From: an uncultured Acidobacteriota bacterium
GTDB taxonomy: Bacteria; Acidobacteriota; Terriglobia; Acidiferrales; UBA7541
Direction: 5' to 3'
Assembly: GCA_963740015.1 (NCBI GenBank)
Contig: CAVUCM010000021.1
Location: 1 to 40,000, forward strand
Length of the DNA: 40,000 nucleotides
Both the position numbers and the translations under genes were made by a program. A model generated the notes under the pieces. That model had not been told where the DNA came from. It made no database searches and worked only from the letters and a program-made list of their open reading frames with translations. Below, piece by piece: positions 1 through 7,865 of this stretch. Each line of letters begins with the position of its first letter. Position 1 is the first letter of the stretch.

Positions 1-48
1 CAATTTTTTTTTTTTATGTTCACCTACTTGGTTCATCTGTATGCCTCG

Positions 49-2752
49 TTAATTTCCATGCTCAAGCGCGTCAGCACATTTTGATTCTGGATGAAATTCA
101 TACTCAGTGACAACATCTCCGTATGTTTTAACTCGCGCGATATCTCTTGATCCGTAATGACCGCGCGTCGTGATGCGAAACCTTTTCCGGGTGTATTGAT
201 CAACCCACTCCTTTTCGAGCCATTTCCGAGGATCAGGATCGTAGGGGGAAATGAGATGGCATTTTTCGGGATCAACACCCTCCGGATGGCCGAAAGGGCT
301 GATTTGGCTAGTCTGAAGGAAATTGAATGGCTTGATTTGTTCGGCGTACGGTTTTCCGGCATTGAGAGATTCGAGGCACTTCATTAGCGACGGACTGCTG
401 ACCGTGGTTCGACCGATTGCTGGGAGATTTGCAAATACTGGCTGCTTGGCAGATAGACCCACGGCTTTGCGAATGATTGCGTTCCACACAGCGCAAGTCC
501 AATTTCGATCAGAGGCCTCCGGATCGGTCGGGTTTAGCAAGTGTCCAAGACCATGGCGCGACCATCTATCTTTCTTGTTGTTGGTTTCTTCGCGAAGTAA
601 TACGGGTTTTTCGTTCTCTGACATTAGAAAAAGTGCGTAACGCTTTGCAGAAATCGCCAGGCAATAAAGTTGTCGCCGCTTTCCTGTCTTTGGATCGCGG
701 TTGTCATCCTCGATTTTCAGAACGGAGCCAGAGATAACACTCCGGTCGTACGGGTTTAGAGCTTCAAACCTCGCAACTATCTGGTCGACTTGCTTCCATG
801 TGAGAGCTTGTATCCTCTCCTCTACCGTTTTGCGAACGATGCTCCCCACCCTTGCAAGGAATGAATCCGCCGCGCTCCGTCGCGACAATTGCCATGGAAT
901 CCGTGTCTTCCATCGCATAGGTTCCACTAAGCCCTGTAACAGAATGTTCGAGCAAGGCGAGCATCAATCGCGCGGCCCCTGTGATTAGCGACGCTAACGG
1001 CGGAAAGCAATACTGGCCCGCTTGCTCGGGGTGAAGAACAGAACATTCGTATGGTTCCGGATCGAGCCCATGGCACTGGACTTTGATTCTTTTCTCTGAT
1101 TCTTGCCGGTTCATTTCCGCGAAGATTCCGTAACTCGTGGCATTTGCTAAAACTTTCAGAGACTTATCCAAACGGTCCACATCTTTTTCAGATAGCTCTT
1201 TTCTTCTGTTTAAGGATTTCCGCTGTTCGATGAGCGTCCGGAACAAGTCCTGATTTTTGGGATTAACTTCAACTTCGCCACCGAAACGGACCGTCTTGAG
1301 ACCCGCCAGCTTTCCGACTGGAACGAGCTTGAAAGCATCGACGATCAACGGAATCTTCCTTTTAATAAGAACCGACGCCGCTACGTCGGGAAGTGAAAAC
1401 CACAAGCCTTCCGAGGGCGCGTTGTCCGATGGGTAGAGATAATTGAGAGCTACTTGCCAATCGTTACTCGCAGCGCTGTACTTGGCTCGCGACGGTAAGA
1501 GGTCGCCGTTCGGTATTAGCTTTACGAACGCGGGAAGTCGCATCCAAGTTTTTGGAGAAAATAGTTTTTCAGAGGTCCAAGGTACTGAGAAACCTCTTGA
1601 TCTCTGCTTGGCAGTGTTCGACCACCCTCACTTCACGCGCAATGAGAAATCGTCGCAAATCCATCAGGCCATTAACGGTCGGATACATCGAGAGAAAATC
1701 CACATAAGTAACCGGGACAGGGACTTTTCGAATGTGAGCGCTCGTTCTTCCGCCAAAAAACGCCGTCTGCGCAAACCCTAAGTAAGCTGCGGGGAAATCA
1801 GGTTGCCGTTCCAGAATTGGATTGATTCCCATCGCCCGCAAATAGGCTTTGCCAATTGATGCGGGCGAGAACGCCTTTGTGGGCTGTAGGTTAATCGGAT
1901 GTTTTGCGTACTCAGCGAGAAGTTTGATCGCCAGTTCCGACGTGGCTAGAACGTCTCGACGGTTATAGTCGATATATTTCTTCGTGACGATACCGTGGCG
2001 AGTAACATGTTGCTTTCCATGCTCAACGCCGAAGGCACGGCAGGCGCTGTCCAATGAATAAGCTCGATCAGTAAGTGCAAAGGCCAGCGTTCGTAAGTCG
2101 AGCATGTGCCCGCGAAATTTGTATCCCTTCTCAGGCTGCCCTGTCGCAGAATTTTCAGGGATCAGATCGGAATCGTCGGGCCCGAAACGAGCAGTGAAAC
2201 CCTTTAAGGCCCGCTTGGAGTCGATGTGCTTGATACCAATGCTGGGGCGACGGGTTGAGGGTCTTTCCACTCCGGATTTTATATACGACCAAATGGCCAG
2301 CGAGAATCCGCCCGCAAACCGTCCTCGCGCTGGACGTGAGGTGAAGGCAATTCGAGATAAGTCGAACGGGCAGATTGAAGCCCACCAAGAGAGCGCGGCT
2401 TTTGTAGACCGCCTTGTACAACTTCTTGAGAAATTCGCGACGAGTTAACAGAAGGAGCCGGGTTCCTCGGCTGTTCGTGGGCGGCTACATACTTTTCCAG
2501 CGTCTTGCGGTCCTTGGATGGCAAGTCGTCGGCATAGAAGAGGCCCTCTTCGCGCAACTCATTGTCGACGAAGAATCGATAACTTCCGAACGTTAAACGC
2601 TGGCTTGCGTCCGTTCGCGTCTCAGTATCGAACACGAACATGGCGCGAGGCAGACGCCATATTTTGTTCTTGTGACTTTTGGGCTCGGTGGATTTGAGCG
2701 CCGGAAAAACTCGAATCGCCACGGGCAGCAGAGACGGGTTTGTTTTCACCAT
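49..2752 (-). pseudogene. Family B DNA polymerase (3'-5' exo + pol domains), ~900 aa when re-joined; frame broken by four +1 frameshifts
   Basis: Minus-strand fragments 2279..2752, 2155..2421, 1569..2270, 764..1543 and 49..927 carry the motifs in canonical order. ExoI is FVFDTETRTD (~2629-2600). ExoII is GFNLP|FDLSRIA (~2380-2345, split at ~2367). ExoIII is YIDYNRRDVLAT (~1976-1941), followed by FFGGRT. Motif A is VDFLSMYPT (~1700-1677), motif B is KVLANATSYG (~1156-1127), motif C is YAMEDTDS (~919-896), and KxY is AISAKRYAL (~654-628). Each junction requires skipping one nucleotide. Confidence 0.75.
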
Positions 2753-2994
2753 CCTTGCCTAGCGCTTGGGTTTGCGTTTCGTGCATAAACTCCTCCATCT
2801 TCGTTCCCATCCACCAATCGGGCCCAAGACGTCTCCCGCAATGTTTCGTCGAGTGCTTCAAGCAACCTTACGACCCGAAGTAAAAGCCGATCAACAAGAT
2901 AGGCATTCGTTTCGCAGTAACCTCGGATGCAAGCAGCACCTGCGAGCAACGGGCTTCGTTCCCGATTCTCCCAAGTCTCTGTTGGGCCATTCAT
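2746..2994 (-). CDS. Hypothetical 82-aa protein, overlaps the polymerase start
   Basis: The ATG at 2994 follows an in-frame TGA at 3007-3009. Its stop overlaps the polymerase start as ATGGTGA (2752..2746). No recognisable motif, and it is not Cas2-like. Confidence 0.35.
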   Translation of the reverse strand: MNGPTETWENRERSPLLAGAACIRGYCETNAYLVDRLLLRVVRLLEALDETLRETSWARLVDGNEDGGVYARNANPSARQGW

Positions 2995-3266
2995 ATTGCT
3001 TGTCGGTCAGGACACCGCATGATCGTTCGCTGGAATTGGCGTCGTTGTCGGGTCGTTTGCCTCGCCTGCAGGATGGTGATCATCCAACGAAATTTCCAAA
3101 TTTCTTCGCGCTGGCAATTCGCGCAAATTGTCGGATTGCTTCCCCGGAATCAATGCTAGGGGGCGATCCTCACCGCACTGATGCACCGGTTACCTTGGCC
3201 GACTCTGTCTGGCTGCCCTGGCCTCTCGTTCAAACGCTGCAATCGGATCACGCGGTAGTTTCCTCT

Positions 3267-3899
3267 TCATCGCGTGCCACCCGCGTACATCGACTCGAAC
3301 CTCAACACTCCAGCCGAACCCAGTCTTTCCAACTCTTTCAAGTCTGTCAGCAAGCGATAGCGCTTGCCGCGTGCATCGACAATCCGCTTTTTTGCAAACT
3401 TCAAAAGTGCGGAATCGTCTCCCGTTTGAAGAAACTTCTGGACCGCTGCCCAATGGCCGCCAACGAGGCTGGCCTGTCGAGAATCGCGTGTTGCAATCTC
3501 TTTTCTGCCCTCAGTAGTTAATGCATTCACAATGCGTAATAGTTGGTCCTCTTTTTTGGCGACGTATCGCCCGTTTTTTCGTTTTCTTAGTGCGGAGCGG
3601 CCAAGAGAGATAGCAGTCTTGGAGGAAAGACCAAATTCTTTAGCCGCCTTGGGAAGAGTCATCCCCTCTCTTATTTTTGAAATGACATGTCCAATCGAGT
3701 CCCAAGCATCCTGATTCTTGCGAGAGAGCGAGAAATACTGTCTCGCCGTGGTTGGTTTTTTGAAAGGCAGCGCATTTCCTCTTTTCTTTCGCACGACGCG
3801 TTTGCGTCCCTTCCCTCTCGGTTGCGGTTGGTGTCGACGGGTCTTCCTTTGAACTTCTCTTCTCGATTTGCGCTTCATGGCTGATTTTCCCCTGTTCAC
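3267..3899 (-). CDS. Basic HTH DNA-binding protein (210 aa), first gene of the polymerase-side operon
   Basis: The N-terminal ~45 aa are extremely Arg/Lys-rich (RKSRREVQRKTRRHQPQPRGKGRKRVVRKKRG). An HTH-like segment follows: MTLPKAAKEFGLSSKTAISLGRSAL. It is divergent from the cas1-side operon. Confidence 0.6.
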   Translation of the reverse strand: MNRGKSAMKRKSRREVQRKTRRHQPQPRGKGRKRVVRKKRGNALPFKKPTTARQYFSLSRKNQDAWDSIGHVISKIREGMTLPKAAKEFGLSSKTAISLGRSALRKRKNGRYVAKKEDQLLRIVNALTTEGRKEIATRDSRQASLVGGHWAAVQKFLQTGDDSALLKFAKKRIVDARGKRYRLLTDLKELERLGSAGVLRFESMYAGGTR

Positions 3900-3989
3900 A
3901 CGGCCCGTCCGGGCCGAATTGAGTTCGCTTCAGGGAGGAAGGTAAACCTGATTTGCGAAATCACCCCGAAAGGCGCTATGAATGGAGAA

Positions 3990-4077
3990 TCGAAATCTGT
4001 GGCAATCAGCGTTGGGCGTCGAAATCAATTAGGTGCAATGAGCGTCGTGGCTTTCGTCAATATATGGCAATCGGCGT
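3990..4077. repeat. Three imperfect direct repeats (iteron/operator-like) in the divergent intergenic region
   Basis: Units are TCGAAATCtgtGGCAATCAGCGT (3990..4012), TCGAAATCaattagGTGCAATGAGCGT (4019..4045) and TCGTCAATatatGGCAATCGGCGT (4054..4077). The core GCAATnnGCGT starts at 4002, 4035 and 4067, a spacing of 33 and 32 bp. Confidence 0.55.
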
Positions 4078-5091
4078 TTGCAGAAAGGGCTTGACGTGAA
4101 TTTGGAAAATTCCTCCGCGAAACGTCGAGGTCCGCGAACAGAGTTCAGCGATCCTCAGCTGGGTAATCGCAGAGACCAGCTGGTACAAGTGTTCGAGGGT
4201 GCTTGGGGGGAAATCGGCTGGGAACTCTCGCATTGTGAAGACCCGGATGAGCTTGCAACTGTTTTAGGCCCATTGTTGCAGACCTACGCACGAGAAATGC
4301 TTTTGGCGTTCTGCTACCCGAGTCCACGGACGAGTGATTGGGCAGCGTTGCGGAAAGTTCGAAAGAGACGGCGGGCCTTGGTGCCACGGAGCTACAGCCT
4401 TGCAGAAGCGAGTCGCCGAACTTATGACAATCTTCACTTACTGGACGGCGTTTTGACGCAGAAGCCCGATCGTCGAAGTTTGAAGCGAGAACAGAAAAAG
4501 AGGCGCAAAGAATACTCAGAAGCAGAGCAAGAAGCCCGAGCGTTCCGTGGTGAGTGGCGTGAACTTGAAGAGGAGGAGAGAGCCCTCGAAGCCAGTGTTG
4601 CACGACAGGAACTTTTTAGATTCCTTAAAAGTAAGCGATACGAACTGACACCTTTAAGTCTTGCCAACGCGCTAGCGAACGTTCCCTATTCCGGTTGGCG
4701 ACAATCCATGCGGCGCTGTATCAAATTGCCGTGCGCGTTCGCGAATGGTCAGACGTACCAACTTTTCAAGGCGATTCGATATCTTGCTGCTAAAGCCCGT
4801 AAAGGAACGGAGCGAGTCCTCGTTGCAGATTTCAGAGCTGGAATTCTATTGCTTCCCAGCCGTCACAGCAAAGCCAAGGCTAGTTTGGTCGAAGATTGGT
4901 TTTATATAGAGCGCGCGATTAAGCAGGTCTTCCGCACAAATCCAATCGTGTCTGCCATACCGTTTAAGATTCTCGACCAGTACCTCAAGCATCTTCAGCA
5001 ACGGAGTCGGGCGGATATGGTGTTGGCTGCACAGAGAAAGATTGAACTGCCGAAACACATAAGGGCTGCATCAACCCGTCGGATACAGTGA
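4078..5091 (+). CDS. Hypothetical 337-aa protein (basic patches + central coiled-coil), directly upstream of cas1
   Basis: Long ORF beginning at TTG 4078. An in-frame GTG at 4096 is preceded by AAAGGG (4084-4089) and may be the real start. Basic runs are KVRKRRR and KREQKKRRKE. A Glu/Arg-rich helix reads WRELEEEERALEASVARQEL. No catalytic motif recognised. Confidence 0.6.
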   Translation: MQKGLDVNLENSSAKRRGPRTEFSDPQLGNRRDQLVQVFEGAWGEIGWELSHCEDPDELATVLGPLLQTYAREMLLAFCYPSPRTSDWAALRKVRKRRRALVPRSYSLAEASRRTYDNLHLLDGVLTQKPDRRSLKREQKKRRKEYSEAEQEARAFRGEWRELEEEERALEASVARQELFRFLKSKRYELTPLSLANALANVPYSGWRQSMRRCIKLPCAFANGQTYQLFKAIRYLAAKARKGTERVLVADFRAGILLLPSRHSKAKASLVEDWFYIERAIKQVFRTNPIVSAIPFKILDQYLKHLQQRSRADMVLAAQRKIELPKHIRAASTRRIQ

Positions 5092-5134
5092 CCGAAGCCC
5101 CCACGAGTAGTAAAATAGAGTTAATTAAAGTCAC

Positions 5135-5168
5135 GGGCCTGTCGTCTGTTATAGCAGACGACAAGCCC
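5135..5168 (+). promoter_or_regulatory. Strong stem-loop between the 337-aa ORF and cas1
   Basis: GGGCCTGTCGTCTG (5135-5148), loop TTATAG, CAGACGACAAGCCC (5155-5168). 13 of 14 positions pair. No U-tract follows. It ends 10 nt before the cas1 RBS GGGAGG (5179-5184). Confidence 0.5.
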
Positions 5169-5194
5169 TAACCACCAAGGGAGGTTGATCTCCA

Positions 5195-6685
5195 ATGGCA
5201 GCTATTCAGACCGTACCTCAACATCTTCAGCACTGCAATTTTGTTCCAATCTCACCTCGGCATGGCGTCGTAACTCTCTTCGGCTACGGAACAAGTATTT
5301 GCGTTGACCGTGGTCACTTAACGATTGAAGACGGGATCGGCAAGCAGAGGCGCTATGCTCGCTTTCCTCGCGTTGGGCATGGACTGAAACGGCTTGTCGT
5401 AATCGGGTCGGATGGGCTCGTTTCCTTGGCTGCGCTTAGATGGTTGGCCGATCAAGGTGCCGCGTTTGTCATGCTCGACAGGCTCGGAGAGGTTCTGGCC
5501 ACCACTGGCCCTGTGCATCCTTCTGACGCTCGTTTGCGGCGTGCACAATCGCTCGCTGAAAGTTCGGGAGTGGCTTTGCGCATTGCGATAGAACTAATCA
5601 AGCGAAAGCTGCTAGCGCAAGAGCGGCTCGTTCGAGATCAATTTCAAGACGATGCATCGGCAGAAGTAATCTCCGGTCAGCGGCACGCCTTGATGAAGGC
5701 AACCTCCAGGGAAGAAATCCGACGTTGTGAAGCATACGGGGCTCTCGCATACTGGCGCGTCTGGCACACACTGGTTTTGCAGTATCCACGATCTGACTCA
5801 CAGCGTATTCCTGAACACTGGCGCGTTTTTGGAAGCCGCATTTCACCTCTCACCAAATCGCCACGACTCGCGGTCAATCCCGCAAATGCAATGCTCAACT
5901 ATTTGTACGCGATTCTGGAATCGGAGGCGAGACTGGCAATCTCTGAACTCGGCCTCGATCCCGGCCTTGGAGTTCTTCATAGCGACACGCGCACGCGAGA
6001 CAGTTTGGCTTGCGATCTAATGGAACCGATTCGTCCGCAAGTGGACGCGTTCCTGTTGAATTGGTTGCGCAGTGGATCATTACAACGAAAATGGTTTTTC
6101 GAGGAGAGAGATGGGAATTGTCGGCTGACCGGCGAGTTCGCCGCCCAACTCTCGGAAACCTCCAAGCTTTGGAAGCAAGCTTTGGGACCTTTCGCTGAGT
6201 GGATGTTGCGTGCTTTTTGGTCCGGTAGCTCAAGTACCTCAAAGATAGAGGCTCCTGCCACACGTTTGACGCAAGATCGAAAGCGGGAAGCAAAAGGGAT
6301 TCCCACACAACCCTTATCAGAGTCCGGAGTCGCACCTCGGACTCCGTTTACGAAGACCCTGTCCAACGACTCTCCAATAATTCCAAAACTGGCACGGTTG
6401 GATAGATTTGACCCGGTCGCACAGTCACGCCGTGCAGAGAGCCAAAGGCGGCAAGTTGCTGCGCAGAATGCGTGGAATCCGAACGAAAAACCGGACTGGC
6501 TAGACAAAAAGACTTATAGAGAGCGAGTGCAACCACAACTACTAAGAATTGCTGCTCCAAAGATTATGTCCACACTTTCGATTTCAGAGCCATATGCACT
6601 AAGAATTCGCGGAGGCCGTTGTATTCCGCATCCGAGGCACTGGCAAAATCTTGCGATGCTAGTTGGAGTCTTGTCAGCTCAGTGA
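5195..6685 (+). CDS. cas1: Cas1-family integrase (Cas1-solo / casposase-like), 496 aa with a long C-terminal extension
   Basis: The N-terminal beta-domain pattern is VTLFGYGTSICVDRGHLTIEDG...LKRLVVIGSDGLVSLAALRWLADQGAAFVMLDRLG. The catalytic helix domain reads CEAYGALAYW (E179, ~5729) and NPANAMLNYLYAILESEARLAISELGLDPGLGVLHSD (H262, ~5978). It continues DSLACDLMEPIRPQVD (D274/E277, ~6014-6025). RBS GGGAGG is 10 nt upstream of the ATG. Confidence 0.88.
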   Translation: MAAIQTVPQHLQHCNFVPISPRHGVVTLFGYGTSICVDRGHLTIEDGIGKQRRYARFPRVGHGLKRLVVIGSDGLVSLAALRWLADQGAAFVMLDRLGEVLATTGPVHPSDARLRRAQSLAESSGVALRIAIELIKRKLLAQERLVRDQFQDDASAEVISGQRHALMKATSREEIRRCEAYGALAYWRVWHTLVLQYPRSDSQRIPEHWRVFGSRISPLTKSPRLAVNPANAMLNYLYAILESEARLAISELGLDPGLGVLHSDTRTRDSLACDLMEPIRPQVDAFLLNWLRSGSLQRKWFFEERDGNCRLTGEFAAQLSETSKLWKQALGPFAEWMLRAFWSGSSSTSKIEAPATRLTQDRKREAKGIPTQPLSESGVAPRTPFTKTLSNDSPIIPKLARLDRFDPVAQSRRAESQRRQVAAQNAWNPNEKPDWLDKKTYRERVQPQLLRIAAPKIMSTLSISEPYALRIRGGRCIPHPRHWQNLAMLVGVLSAQ

Positions 6686-6757
6686 AGAGGTTACGCGCAC
6701 AGCCCATCGCGTAAAAAAATCTAGACTTGCTATGTTTGCGTTAGCCTTGACGCCACT

Positions 6758-7735
6758 TCATCGCTGTTCGTTAGACACGATGTCAAAGGATAGGGTCTGC
6801 TCTTTTTCTTTACCAATTTTATGCCCGGTTAATTCGATCTTGCCCTTTTTGTACTCGAACGGAAACATATCGCCGGGCACAAGTGAACTGCACTTGCTGA
6901 AAGCCCAATTTCTGGTGCAAGCGATTACCATTCGCGCGTCGGAAGATTCAACGAGAATGTAGACGGTGACATGCTGCCAGTTGACTGGGACGGTTTGCGA
7001 CGGTGTGTATTGAGTCGAGCATGAGGAGTTTCCCTGCCAGATGTTACCGCTCCAACTCCCGCTACCTGTACATTCTGTGTTCGCGCTGCCTTGCGTTTGA
7101 TAGTAACTGGTCGTCACCCACGGTACCGCCCGCCATGCGATAGCTTTAATCATGTTCTGTGGAACCGAGGGCCGCGAAACCTCGTCACTATTCTGCCCAG
7201 ACGCGGGAGTAGAAACTGCAGCTGAAGCAGGTTTAGGCACAAAGAAATCAGACAAATAGCCGACCGTTCCATCCAGCGTTCGGACCTTGTCCCAAGGTTC
7301 CTGCTCTTTCAGAACAAATATTTCTGACCCACATCTGACTTGCATAAGCGGATGACTATCACCGGGCGCTGGTAATAATGGGACTTCCTTCGCAGCTAGA
7401 CATGTGACCTGTACCGTCCGGATGATTGCTTCAGACTGTGGTGAAATCTTCGGGGTAGTCGGAGCCTTTACCATCGCCAGGATGACCTCGTCGGGCACTC
7501 TTGCGTTCTTAAGAGCTTTGAGTTCATCAGGTGACGTATCGAAATCACAATGTGAAGAGGTGATCTTTGCGATGACGATTTCGCCAGTCAGTCCTGCACT
7601 CAACATATCAAGAACATCTTTGTTTCTTAAGGCGACTGGTAAAGAGTCCGCAGACTGTTGGTCGCTGGCCACCGACGGTCCGTTGGGCGGGGGACAAATT
7701 GGCGCGAATAGCAGGACCAAACAAGATATGAACAT
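6758..7735 (-). CDS. Exported protein with SH3b-like domain (325 aa)
   Basis: Hydrophobic N-terminus MFISCLVLLFAPIC. Helical repeat DVLDMLSAGLTGEIVIAKITSS...LKALKNARVPDEVILAMVKA. SH3b-like VRCGSEIFVLKEQEPWDKVRTLDGTVGYLSDFFV. The C-terminus is Cys/Trp-rich and beta-rich. GGAG lies 5 nt upstream of the ATG. Confidence 0.6.
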   Translation of the reverse strand: MFISCLVLLFAPICPPPNGPSVASDQQSADSLPVALRNKDVLDMLSAGLTGEIVIAKITSSHCDFDTSPDELKALKNARVPDEVILAMVKAPTTPKISPQSEAIIRTVQVTCLAAKEVPLLPAPGDSHPLMQVRCGSEIFVLKEQEPWDKVRTLDGTVGYLSDFFVPKPASAAVSTPASGQNSDEVSRPSVPQNMIKAIAWRAVPWVTTSYYQTQGSANTECTGSGSWSGNIWQGNSSCSTQYTPSQTVPVNWQHVTVYILVESSDARMVIACTRNWAFSKCSSLVPGDMFPFEYKKGKIELTGHKIGKEKEQTLSFDIVSNEQR

Positions 7736-7865
7736 AGTAACTCCAGATACGGAAGCTTCTTTCCGTCATCTTATATGAAAAGAGGACGCTTGGCTCAGCT
7801 GCTCGCCAACATCTACTCTTTGTGAACGGTGTAGGCAGCCACATCTGCTCGCCATTGTTCAAGAC

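Larger units (their letters stand above)
1..6757. mobile_element. Casposon-like element (Cas1-solo + family-B polymerase module); partial, ends not identified
   Basis: Cas1 (5195..6685) and a PolB gene (49..2752) lie within 2.5 kb of each other, with HTH and unknown ORFs between them. No cas2 and no CRISPR repeats are in the window. The PolB stop is 48 bp from the window edge, so the left terminus is not visible. I could not find TIR/TSD. Confidence 0.4.

Noticed and set aside
49-2752. Programmed ribosomal frameshifting in the polymerase
   Set aside because: Four separate +1 events in one gene with no shared slippery heptamer or common context (ccc-g-ttc, ctc-tga-aaa, ggt-a-gag). Mutational decay or assembly indels are far more parsimonious.
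2995-3266. Possible gene in the 270-bp gap between the HTH gene and the 82-aa ORF
   Set aside because: The minus-strand frame gives only a 59-codon GTG-initiated ORF (VHQCGEDRPLALIPGK...) with no RBS or recognisable features.
2766-3521. 251-aa plus-strand ORF (also 33..362, 157..387, 323..640, 3190..3453)
   Set aside because: These are antisense to or overlapping the better-supported polymerase and HTH genes. Their composition is Arg/Ser/Leu/Pro-rich and they lack an RBS.
6691-6719. Hairpin TTACGCG-N10-CGCGTAA as a terminator for the convergent cas1 and SH3 genes
   Set aside because: The homopolymer has the wrong polarity for both genes. On the plus strand an A-run follows the stem, and on the minus strand the T-run precedes it.
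1-6757. Terminal inverted repeats between the window start and the region after cas1
   Set aside because: The only resemblance is T12 (4-15) versus A7 (6713-6719). The flanking bases do not match. The left terminus is probably outside the window.
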